The notes under the pieces are model-generated. The model worked only from the letters and a program-made list of their open reading frames with translations. It searched no databases and was not told where the DNA came from. A stretch of DNA of 64,000 nucleotides, taken from contig DATANW010000222.1 in NCBI GenBank assembly GCA_036266055.1, forward strand, positions 536-64,535. Reading direction: 5' to 3'. Shown here in pieces: positions 1 to 8,045 of the stretch. The translations under genes were made by a program, and so were the position numbers. Numbering within the stretch: position 1 is the stretch's first letter; every line of letters starts with the position of its first letter. This stretch comes from Pyrinomonadaceae bacterium. Lineage in GTDB: Bacteria > Acidobacteriota > Blastocatellia > Pyrinomonadales > Pyrinomonadaceae.

Positions 1-514
1 CGATCTCGCCAACGCGTTTCAACGTGTCGTCGTCGGTCAGCACACCGCTCGGATTGTGAAGGTTCGTTATCACGATTAAGCGCGTCCGCTCGGTCAATTG
101 CGCTTCAATCTCCTCCGGCGAGACGCAAAAACCATCTTCAAATCGACGCTGGAAGCGCTTCACCTCCGCACCGACGTAACGCGCCGTCGCAAGCATCGGC
201 TCGTAGACGGGCTCTTCAAAGAGTATTTCGTCACCCGGCTCAAACAGCGCCGCCATGGCCAGGTGGTTCGCGAAACTGCAGCCGGCCGCGGTTACGACCG
301 AACTCGCATCCACGCCATAGCGCTCCGCGATCTTTCGCAACAGCGGCCCGTAACCGTAACCGCCATACGTCAACTCGAGGTCATCCAATGAGACCCGCAA
401 ATCGTGAATACTCAAGTTACCCAAGCCGCTCGTCGCCAGATTAAAACGCGACTGTGATTGCGTCTTGGCCCAGTGAATGTAAGCCGAGTTATAAGCTCCG
501 CGCCGGCCTGTCAT
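1..514 (-). CDS. PLP-dependent aminotransferase, class I/II fold (5' part only; gene runs off the left edge)
   Basis: Edge-truncated, so absent from the ORF track. Manual reverse-strand translation from ATG at 514-512 gives MTGRRGAYNSAYIHWAKTQSQSRFNLATSGLG...EPGDEILFEEPVYEP...RLIVITNLHNPSGVL. This is the N-terminal layout of fold-type-I aminotransferases. The start overlaps the permease stop (ATGA at 511-514). Confidence 0.6.
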   Translation of the reverse strand, partial: MTGRRGAYNSAYIHWAKTQSQSRFNLATSGLGNLSIHDLRVSLDDLELTYGGYGYGPLLRKIAERYGVDASSVVTAAGCSFANHLAMAALFEPGDEILFEEPVYEPMLATARYVGAEVKRFQRRFEDGFCVSPEEIEAQLTERTRLIVITNLHNPSGVLTDDDTLKRVGEI

Positions 515-1812
515 CTGCTGCTCCTCCATCTCCAGAACCAGTACACCGGAATGCCCGCCAGCATGATTGCGACACCGATCAGCGTGTTCTGCGGATTCTG
601 ATACACGGTATTGATCGCAATCAACCAACAGACGGCGATGAATACGATCGTCGTGAACGGATGACCGGGAACTCGTGGTCGTTTGCTTAAGACGAAGACA
701 CAGCACGCTGTCAGACCAAAGAAAATCGCGTCGACTGATACAACGTAGTTCAGAATCGACTCATAGGTGCCACGAAGTGCAACAAAGATTGCGAGTAAAC
801 CTTGCAGCGCAATAGCGACGATCGGTGCGCGCGTTCGTGGATGCACTGCGCCGACGCTCTTGAAAAATAATCCATCATTCGCCATCGCGAAATAGACGCG
901 CGGCGCCGTCAACATACTTTGACTCAGAAAACCGATAGTCGAAATCGCAATGGCCGCCGCAATCGCGCGCGCGCCAAAGTTTCCCAGCACAGTGCGCATC
1001 GCATCCGACGCGGGCGCGGTCGAGGCTGCCAACCCCGCGACGCCGAGCACACGCAGGTAGACCACATTCGCCGCGAGGTACAGCACGACGACACCAATGA
1101 CGCCGAGTATCAATCCACGTGGCAGATTCTTACCCGGTTCTTTGATCTCACCAGCGACGAAGGTCGCCGTTTGCCACCCGCCATAAGAAAAGATCACCGG
1201 CACGAGCGCCACGCCGAATGCTGTTAACAAGCCGAGTGAAGCTGGTCGATCGAGAAATCCGCCGGGCGAGGGGGCTGCGTTTCCAAGAAACAATCCGCAG
1301 ACCACGAGTCCAGCGAGGGCCACGATCTTCAGCACCATCAACACGCTTTGCAGGGTGCCGCCGGCACGCACCCCAAGACAGTTGATGATCGTGAGTATCG
1401 CCAGCACGACCGCCGCCATAATCGGATAGCTGATCGGCAGCTTCGTCGAGTCCACGAAGTAGCGGGAAAAGGTGACGGCGACCGCGGCCATGCCGCCGGT
1501 TTGAATGACGAGCAGCAACACCCAGCCGTAAACAAACGCGACCAACGGGTGAAACGCCTCGCGCAGGTACGCGTACTGCCCGCCCACCTCGGGCCGCCTC
1601 GTCGCAAGCTCGGCCCAAATGAACGCCGCCGCGAGCGCGAACAGACCGCCGAGCACCCACGTGCCCAGCACCAGGAACGGCGTGTGCACCTGCCGCGCAA
1701 CGATGGCCGGGTTCATGAAGATGCCCGACCCAATGATGCCTCCCATGACGATCATGGTGGCGTCGAAGAGTCCGAGCCGGCGAGCGAGTTCAGGTTGAGA
1801 GTTTCGTGTCAT
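511..1812 (-). CDS. APC-superfamily amino acid permease
   Basis: 433-aa ORF that is hydrophobic throughout (about 12 helices by eye). The N-terminal LGLFDATMIVMGGIIGSGIF motif is typical of APC transporters. Confidence 0.85.
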   Translation of the reverse strand: MTRNSQPELARRLGLFDATMIVMGGIIGSGIFMNPAIVARQVHTPFLVLGTWVLGGLFALAAAFIWAELATRRPEVGGQYAYLREAFHPLVAFVYGWVLLLVIQTGGMAAVAVTFSRYFVDSTKLPISYPIMAAVVLAILTIINCLGVRAGGTLQSVLMVLKIVALAGLVVCGLFLGNAAPSPGGFLDRPASLGLLTAFGVALVPVIFSYGGWQTATFVAGEIKEPGKNLPRGLILGVIGVVVLYLAANVVYLRVLGVAGLAASTAPASDAMRTVLGNFGARAIAAAIAISTIGFLSQSMLTAPRVYFAMANDGLFFKSVGAVHPRTRAPIVAIALQGLLAIFVALRGTYESILNYVVSVDAIFFGLTACCVFVLSKRPRVPGHPFTTIVFIAVCWLIAINTVYQNPQNTLIGVAIMLAGIPVYWFWRWRSSR

Positions 1813-1846
1813 CCGTGGTTAGAGCCACGGATTATAGCTCAACCCT

Positions 1847-2878
1847 TCAATGGACCACCTCGTTGTTGTTCATTGCTGCCTCTTCAGTCAATCGGGTGAG
1901 CCAGGAAGGCGACCAGCTCGACCGGCTATCACGTCCTTTCGCGGACTGTTCGCCGATGCCTCCTGGTCCGGGCAAGAAACGATTCACCAGCGCCAGCATC
2001 TCCGCGGACAATTCCGGGAACAGCGCGTCAAACTTAACCGCCATCTTCGCCGGCGCGGTGATGATCAACTCAGCTCGACCTTGCTTGCACGCGTCGACGA
2101 TCTGCCGCGCTGCGCGTTCCGCTTTTATCGACGTCACCGGCAACGAGTCGCTAATGCTGAACCAGGCAAACTCCTCCCGGTGCTTTCCTTTGAAGTTGGC
2201 GTTGCGCGGACTGCCGGTACGCATCAGGCCGGGGCAAACAGTCGTCACCACGATTCCGTCTTTACGCAACTCGGAGTAAAGACCTTTCGACAAACCAACC
2301 AAGGCAAACTTGCTCGCGCTGTACGGCACGAGATGCGGCACCGCAATCTTTCCGCCGATCGACGAGATGTTGACGATGCGACCATGGCCACGTTCGCGCA
2401 TCTCCGGCAGCACGGCGAGTATCGTGTTCAGCGGCCCCCAGAAGTGTGCAAGCATCGCCTTTTCGAAATCCTCGCGATTCATAACTTCGAGTGGTCCGAC
2501 CTGGATCGTGCCGGCGTTGTTTACCAGCACGTCGACTTTGCCGAACCGCTGGCGAACGCGATTCATCATTGCTTCGACTTCCGTCATGTTCGTGACGTCG
2601 CACTTCACCGCCAAAACATCAGCACCGCGGCTTTGCAGATCATCGCTCGCCTGCTCCAACTCCTGCTCGTCGCGGGCGCAGATCGCCACGCGTGCGTCGT
2701 TAGCCGCAAACTCGCGCGCGAGCACCAGTCCGAGTCCTCTCGATCCTCCGGTCACGAGCACCGTCTTGTCTCGCAGGTCATACTCCTTCATCTTCCGCCA
2801 CAACAGCCTTCCGAGCGCGAAACCGCCAAGCGCGATGGCGGTGGTCTTAGCAATACTTATTTCATTGTTGGTCGTCAT
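1847..2878 (-). CDS. Short-chain dehydrogenase/reductase (SDR) with N-terminal membrane anchor
   Basis: TGGSRGLG Rossmann motif, NNAG, and the YSASK catalytic motif. A hydrophobic N-terminal segment is present. Confidence 0.85.
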   Translation of the reverse strand: MTTNNEISIAKTTAIALGGFALGRLLWRKMKEYDLRDKTVLVTGGSRGLGLVLAREFAANDARVAICARDEQELEQASDDLQSRGADVLAVKCDVTNMTEVEAMMNRVRQRFGKVDVLVNNAGTIQVGPLEVMNREDFEKAMLAHFWGPLNTILAVLPEMRERGHGRIVNISSIGGKIAVPHLVPYSASKFALVGLSKGLYSELRKDGIVVTTVCPGLMRTGSPRNANFKGKHREEFAWFSISDSLPVTSIKAERAARQIVDACKQGRAELIITAPAKMAVKFDALFPELSAEMLALVNRFLPGPGGIGEQSAKGRDSRSSWSPSWLTRLTEEAAMNNNEVVH

Positions 2879-2936
2879 AAAACTGGTTCGCTTTCCGTAC
2901 GAAGTGTTAACTTAGCGAACAGAAGATGCAATAAGG

Positions 2937-4379
2937 GTGCCGCCTAACCAGCATGAAAACACCAGGCACGGATACGACGCACTGGTAATTGGCGCGGGTC
3001 CGAATGGATTGGCCGCCGCGATCGAGATCGCGCGTGGCGGAAGGCGGGTTCGTCTCTACGAAGGCAAATCGACTGTCGGCGGCGGAACCAGATCGGCAGA
3101 ACTCACACTGCCGGGATTTATTCACGACGTCTGCTCCACGGTTCATCCGCTCGGCGCGGGCTCACCATTCTTTTCGCAACTGCCGTTGCAAAAACACGGA
3201 CTCGAATTTGTTTACCCGCCGTCGGCACTGGCTCATCCTTTCGACGACGGCACAGCCCTCATCCTCGATCGTTCGCTCGACGTGACCGCGGCTCGACTCG
3301 GAAAAGATGGCGCATCGTATCGTCGAGTGTTTTCGCCGCTCGTCGATGCGTGGGATGGACTGGCGGGCGATCTTCTCGCACCGCTCGGCATGCCGCGGCA
3401 TCCATTCGCGATGGCGCGCTTCGGACTCAGCGCGATCCGCTCCGCAAAAGGATTTGCCGAAGCAAAGTTTCAGGAAGACAAGACGCGCGCGCTGTTCGCG
3501 GGAATGGCGGCGCATTCGTTTCTGGCGTTGGATTGGGGCGGCACCACTGCGTTTGGGTTAGTGCTCGGCACTTTGGCGCACACTGCCGGTTGGCCGGTTG
3601 CGCGCGGCGGATCGCAGAGTATTGCGAACGCGCTTGCCGCGCATCTGATCGAGCTCGGCGGAGAGATCGTCACCGATCATCGCGTCGACTCTTTGCAAGA
3701 TCTGCCTGCAGCGCGAGCGATCTTGTGCGACGTCACACCGCGACAACTCGTCGCACTGGCAGGCGATGCGCTGACGCCCGGCTATCGTCGACGACTGGAG
3801 CGTTATCGGTATGGTCCAGCCGCGTTCAAACTCGATTGGGCGTTGAGCGCGCCCGTGCCGTGGAAAGCTGCTGAATGCAAGACGGCGGCAACAGTCCACC
3901 TCGGCGGTACGTTCGCGGAGATCGTCGAGTCTGAATGGAACGCGACGCACGAGCGGCATTCGGAAAAACCCTTCGTCATCGTCGCCCAACCGTCGCTGTT
4001 CGATTCCACGCGTGCGCCCGCAGGTCAACACACGTTGTGGGCTTATTGTCACGTCCCAAACGGATCGACCGTCGACATGAGCGACGCGATCGAACGTCAG
4101 ATCGAACGCTTCGCGCCGGGCTTTCGCGACTGCATTCTCGCGCGCAGCGTTATGTCACCCGCCGACTTCGAACGCTACAATCCGAACCTCGTCGGCGGCG
4201 ACATCAACGGCGGCATTCAGGATCTCGCGCAAATGTTCCTGCGTCCGACCATGCGAATGTATTCCACGTCTAAAGATGGCCTCTACCTCTGCTCTTCCTC
4301 GACACCTCCCGGCGGCGGCGTACACGGAATGTGTGGTTTTCATGCCGCGCGTGTTGCTCTGCGCAAAAACCTCCGCTGA
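2937..4379 (+). CDS. NAD(P)/FAD-dependent oxidoreductase, phytoene-desaturase (CrtI)-like family
   Basis: N-terminal DALVIGAGPNGLAAA dinucleotide-binding motif. 480 aa with the family-typical C-terminal GGGVHG motif. GTG start is inferred because the Rossmann motif begins at residue 14. Confidence 0.75.
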   Translation: MPPNQHENTRHGYDALVIGAGPNGLAAAIEIARGGRRVRLYEGKSTVGGGTRSAELTLPGFIHDVCSTVHPLGAGSPFFSQLPLQKHGLEFVYPPSALAHPFDDGTALILDRSLDVTAARLGKDGASYRRVFSPLVDAWDGLAGDLLAPLGMPRHPFAMARFGLSAIRSAKGFAEAKFQEDKTRALFAGMAAHSFLALDWGGTTAFGLVLGTLAHTAGWPVARGGSQSIANALAAHLIELGGEIVTDHRVDSLQDLPAARAILCDVTPRQLVALAGDALTPGYRRRLERYRYGPAAFKLDWALSAPVPWKAAECKTAATVHLGGTFAEIVESEWNATHERHSEKPFVIVAQPSLFDSTRAPAGQHTLWAYCHVPNGSTVDMSDAIERQIERFAPGFRDCILARSVMSPADFERYNPNLVGGDINGGIQDLAQMFLRPTMRMYSTSKDGLYLCSSSTPPGGGVHGMCGFHAARVALRKNLR

Positions 4380-4463
4380 AATCTGTGGAACTTGAAATGC
4401 TTTTCGTTAAGTGCGTTCAAGTTAGACGTACGCATTTCAGACGGAAGTGTCGGAGAAATAGAA

Positions 4464-5693
4464 ATGAAAACACCTGATATCGAAGTTGACGATCGCACCG
4501 CAGTCCCCAAAGAAGCGACTACGCCGCAGCAGTTAATGGATAGCCTTTTGAAGTTTGACGCGGTGTCCGCGCCGGTGGTCAGTCTTTATCTCGACGCGCG
4601 CGTGAACGAGCACGGCAAACGCGTGTTTCTGCCGTTCGTGCGGAAGCAGCTTTCCGAACGGTTGAAGACGTATCCGGTGGACAGCGAGGAACGAGCGAGT
4701 ATTGAAGAAGATTTTGTGCGCATCATGCGCTACCTCGAAGATGGTGTGCGCGGGCCGACGCAAGGCGTGGCGGTGTTTGCCTGCTCCGCTTTGGATGATT
4801 ACTTCCAGGTGGGACAGTTCGAGGCGCCGTTCGAGCGCAATCGACTCGTTGTTTCGGAGCGCCCGCACGTTTATCCGCTGGCGCGGCTGATCGATCAGTA
4901 TCGCCATTACGCCGTGGTTCTTGCGGATACCAATCGCGCACAAATCTTTGTCTTCGCTGCCGGACGCGTCGTCCAACAGGATGACATTCAAAATGTAAAG
5001 ACGAAGCATACGAGCGTCGGTGGGTGGTCGCAGGCGCGCTACCAGCGGCACGAAGAAAACTATCACTTGCAGCACGCGAAAGAAGTTGTCGACGCGCTCG
5101 AACGCACGCTGCGCGACGACCGGATCGAGCATGTCATTCTCGCGGGTGACGAAGCGGTGGTCATTCCGATTCTGAAAGAACAGATGTCGAAGGAGCTGCA
5201 GGAGAAAGTTGTCGACACGATCAGTCTCGGCATCGATACGCCGGAGCACGAGGTGCTTGAAGAAACGCTCACTGCGTTTCGGCGGCACGACAGTTTGACT
5301 GACATGCAGAAGGTGGAGCAGCTGTTGGGTGAGTTTCGCGGTGACAATCTCGCGGTGGCTGGTGTGCCTGACACCCTGGCGGCGCTTTCGAATGGACAGG
5401 TCGAGGAGTTGTTGATTGTTGCGGCGGCTGACGGTTTGAAGTTTGACGAAGAAGAAGTGCGGAAGGTGCTCGATATCTATAAAGCCGACGACATTCCGGA
5501 GACGCTCGACGCGCGCGCTGTTGCGGACGAGTTGGTGCGGCGAGCGAATCAGATGTCGGCGGCGCGAGTCACGTTTATCGAGGACACGACGCGGCTTGAA
5601 CAGCTAGGCGGTGTTGGTGCGCTGTTGCGTTATCGCATTTCTGAAGAGAAAGCGGCGCCGTACGAAACAAAAATCCGTGTAATCGGTGTTTAA
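4464..5693 (+). CDS. Bacterial eRF1/Pelota-like (aeRF1-superfamily) protein
   Basis: The central segment KHTSVGGWSQARYQRHEENY aligns by eye to the eukaryotic eRF1 GGQ segment KKHGRGGQSALRFARLR. The C-terminal LGGVGALLRYRI matches the eRF1/Pelota domain-3 motif GGIGGILRYRV. Start moved to ATG 4464, which is preceded by GGAG. The track ORF begins at a TTG at 4392. Confidence 0.6.
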   Translation: MKTPDIEVDDRTAVPKEATTPQQLMDSLLKFDAVSAPVVSLYLDARVNEHGKRVFLPFVRKQLSERLKTYPVDSEERASIEEDFVRIMRYLEDGVRGPTQGVAVFACSALDDYFQVGQFEAPFERNRLVVSERPHVYPLARLIDQYRHYAVVLADTNRAQIFVFAAGRVVQQDDIQNVKTKHTSVGGWSQARYQRHEENYHLQHAKEVVDALERTLRDDRIEHVILAGDEAVVIPILKEQMSKELQEKVVDTISLGIDTPEHEVLEETLTAFRRHDSLTDMQKVEQLLGEFRGDNLAVAGVPDTLAALSNGQVEELLIVAAADGLKFDEEEVRKVLDIYKADDIPETLDARAVADELVRRANQMSAARVTFIEDTTRLEQLGGVGALLRYRISEEKAAPYETKIRVIGV

Positions 5694-5764
5694 ACTTTTG
5701 ACACAGATCGGACGTTTCCTATACCCTTTCGCGTTTTTGCTGAAAGGAAGGAAGCGCCCGCACT

Positions 5765-7468
5765 GTGTCAGCACGAGCTGAAGCAATCGTCACTGCCGGT
5801 TTAAGACCTGAACGTTTTGCCGGTCGTGGTGTCCTCGCCAACAGCCGCACGCTCGTCTTCATTACACTCGCGATTCTCGTCCTAACCGGATTCGGCTTTC
5901 GCGTCGCCGGCCTGAGCGCCGAAGGACTCAGCGAAGACGAACTCAACAAACTCAACGCTGTCGCCGACTACCGCGCGCACGGACTAACCGGCGCCAACGG
6001 CGAACATCCCATGTTGATGAAGGCCCTGCAGGCCACGTCGATCATCCTTTCCGAAAAGTGGAATGGTTTGGTCGGTCCTGAAAACCGAATCGCTCCCGAG
6101 ACTGCCTTGAGGCTGCCCGGCGCGATTGCCGGAGCGTTGAGTGCGATCCTGATCTACTTGATCGCGGCTGAATTGTTTGGGGTGGAAGTTGCGCTGATCG
6201 CCGCGGCGCTGTGGTCTTTCGATCCGAGCGGGATCGGGTTCGCGCGCGTGGCGAAGGAAGATACGTTTCTGCTCTTCTTCTTTCTGCTGGCAAACGTGTT
6301 TTGGTTGCGCGGGCAACGCGTCGCGGAAAGCACCGATCGGAATCCGAATCGTTACTACTGGGCCACCGCGGCGTGTTACGGCGCGATGGTCGCTTCGAAG
6401 TACGTCCCGCACTTGATGGCGATCAGTTGGTGTTACTACTGGATGTTTCAACAGCTTCCGGAAACGCGTTGGCGGCTTGGGAAGAAACGACTCGTCGTGT
6501 TCTTCGCGATCATGGGGATCGTGTTTTTGATGTTGAGTCCGACGATTCTGCTGCCGGACACGTGGCGGCAGATGGGTTTGTTTGCCGGTGGGAAGCGTAT
6601 CAGTCACGACGGTTATGAGTTCATGGGCCAGCTTTACACGCAACGGTTCGTGGATTGGCTGAATGGCATTCCGGTTTACTTCTATTTCGTGTTTACGGCG
6701 GTGAAGTTGCCGCTGCTGACTGTCGTGGGTTTCGTCGTCGGTCTGCCGTTGCTGTTTCGGCGCAAGCTGGGTGATGGTCGTTACTTTCTGCTGTTCTGGT
6801 TTTGGTTGTGGGTGGTGGCGTTCTGTTTTCCGGGTGGGAAGTTTACGCGCTACTACACTACCGTGCTGCCGGCGGTGCTGATCACGTGCGCGCTGGGGAT
6901 ACAGTTTGCCGGGCGATGGATCGCGGACCGCATCGCTTCCATTTCGACGGTCGACTCGCTATCAGCTTTGAAACACTACGTCCCTGCGTCTTTGGCTGTG
7001 ATCGTCATCAGCGCTTCCGTCGTTAGCTCGGTTTACGCGGCGCCGCACTTTCGTTTGTTCACGAACATTCTTGGTGGGGGGATGGAGCGGGCCGGTTATT
7101 ACTTCCCGCATGACGAGTTTTACGACGCGAGTATGCGAGAGACGATGGCCGAGATCGCGAGCCGTGCTCAACCTGGCGGACGCGTCGCGAGTGAGAGTCC
7201 ATCCTTAGCTACCTACTACGCCGAGCGCTCACAACGTCCCGATCTCGTGAACATCTCGCTCTCCGATCCGAACGTCATCGCCGAGCTTCGCCCCGGCGAC
7301 TTCATCATCATCGCCCGCGGCCGTCGTTACTTCAGCAACGACTCGCTCATAACGTCCCTGCGCCACTCGACCCCCATTTTGGACCTCAACCTCGGCCAGG
7401 TCCCTTCCGTGAAGATCTATCAATTAGACGCGAACTCGCTCGCTGCACTCCGCGAAACGTCCCGCTGA
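5765..7468 (+). CDS. Glycosyltransferase family 39 / ArnT-PMT-like membrane glycosyltransferase
   Basis: 567 aa with many transmembrane helices, a loop with an EHPMLMK (HPPL-like) motif after TM1, and a soluble C-terminal domain. Confidence 0.65.
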   Translation: MSARAEAIVTAGLRPERFAGRGVLANSRTLVFITLAILVLTGFGFRVAGLSAEGLSEDELNKLNAVADYRAHGLTGANGEHPMLMKALQATSIILSEKWNGLVGPENRIAPETALRLPGAIAGALSAILIYLIAAELFGVEVALIAAALWSFDPSGIGFARVAKEDTFLLFFFLLANVFWLRGQRVAESTDRNPNRYYWATAACYGAMVASKYVPHLMAISWCYYWMFQQLPETRWRLGKKRLVVFFAIMGIVFLMLSPTILLPDTWRQMGLFAGGKRISHDGYEFMGQLYTQRFVDWLNGIPVYFYFVFTAVKLPLLTVVGFVVGLPLLFRRKLGDGRYFLLFWFWLWVVAFCFPGGKFTRYYTTVLPAVLITCALGIQFAGRWIADRIASISTVDSLSALKHYVPASLAVIVISASVVSSVYAAPHFRLFTNILGGGMERAGYYFPHDEFYDASMRETMAEIASRAQPGGRVASESPSLATYYAERSQRPDLVNISLSDPNVIAELRPGDFIIIARGRRYFSNDSLITSLRHSTPILDLNLGQVPSVKIYQLDANSLAALRETSR

Positions 7469-7488
7469 CCTGTGGTATATTTCCGCAG

Positions 7489-7710
7489 ATGACGTCGGAA
7501 GAACTCAAAGGAATTATTCATTCTGATCCCGGGATCATGGGTGGTACCCCTGTTTTCGTTGGTACTCGCGTGCCTTTGCAAAACCTTATCGATTCTTTGG
7601 AGGGCGGCGAATCTGTAGAAGAATTTCTGGAGGCATTTCCGACAGTGAAGAGGGAGCAGGCAATTGCGGTAATTGAGGCCGGCAAACTCAAAATGTTGGA
7701 AACGGTCTGA
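7489..7710 (+). CDS. DUF433-family protein (putative antitoxin)
   Basis: 73 aa with the motif IMGGTPVFVGTRVPLQNLIDSL, characteristic of DUF433. It lies immediately upstream of a DUF5615 gene. Confidence 0.75.
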   Translation: MTSEELKGIIHSDPGIMGGTPVFVGTRVPLQNLIDSLEGGESVEEFLEAFPTVKREQAIAVIEAGKLKMLETV

Positions 7711-7742
7711 TCCTCACGACACATGCGAATTCTTATTGACGA

Positions 7743-8045
7743 GTGCTTGATTGGCGTGTCTGTCGCGCCTTGATCGGTCATGACTGTAGCTCTGTTCGCG
7801 CTGCTGGTTGGGCCGGTGTCACCAATGGCAAGCTACTCGAACAAGCGCAACGACAATTCGACGTATTGTTAACTGGAGACAGGAATCTTAGCTTCCAACA
7901 AAACGTAAAAGCGTTTCGAATCGCTGTAATCGTATTGGAGGCCGGAAGCACTCGTTTGTCGGATACTTTGCTATTGATGCCTCAGGTATTAGCGAGCCTC
8001 GAAGGGATCCAACCTGGTCAGATTGTACGAATCGCCTCGCGTTAG
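7743..8045 (+). CDS. DUF5615-family PIN-like (Mut7-C type) putative toxin; N-terminus apparently frameshifted
   Basis: The sequence ...GHDCSSVRAAGWAGVTNGKLLEQAQRQFDVLLTGDRNLSFQQNV matches the DUF5615 pattern. The expected N-terminus MRILIDEC is encoded from ATG 7723 in another frame (see finding). Confidence 0.6.
   Translation: MLDWRVCRALIGHDCSSVRAAGWAGVTNGKLLEQAQRQFDVLLTGDRNLSFQQNVKAFRIAVIVLEAGSTRLSDTLLLMPQVLASLEGIQPGQIVRIASR

Noticed and set aside
1850-2947. Long ORFs antisense to well-supported genes. Examples: 1850..2947, 4533..5288, 5984..6643, 15879..16598, 20240..21073, 21937..23043, 23140..24246, 30187..31092, 33641..35065, 39630..40409, 41755..42615.
   Set aside because: - Each lies opposite a gene with clear family motifs.
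- Their translations are Arg/His/Pro-rich low-complexity strings typical of stop-poor antisense frames in GC-rich DNA.
- They have no recognisable motifs.
4377-4466. The TGA stop of the FAD oxidoreductase (4377-4379) is in the same frame as the eRF1-like ORF. Given tRNA-Sec and selB in this window, this raised the possibility of UGA read-through or a Sec fusion.
   Set aside because: - The 84-nt linker translates to non-protein-like sequence.
- The downstream gene has its own GGAG plus ATG at 4464.
- I see no stem-loop at the usual SECIS distance after the UGA.
- Sharing a frame has a one-in-three chance expectation.
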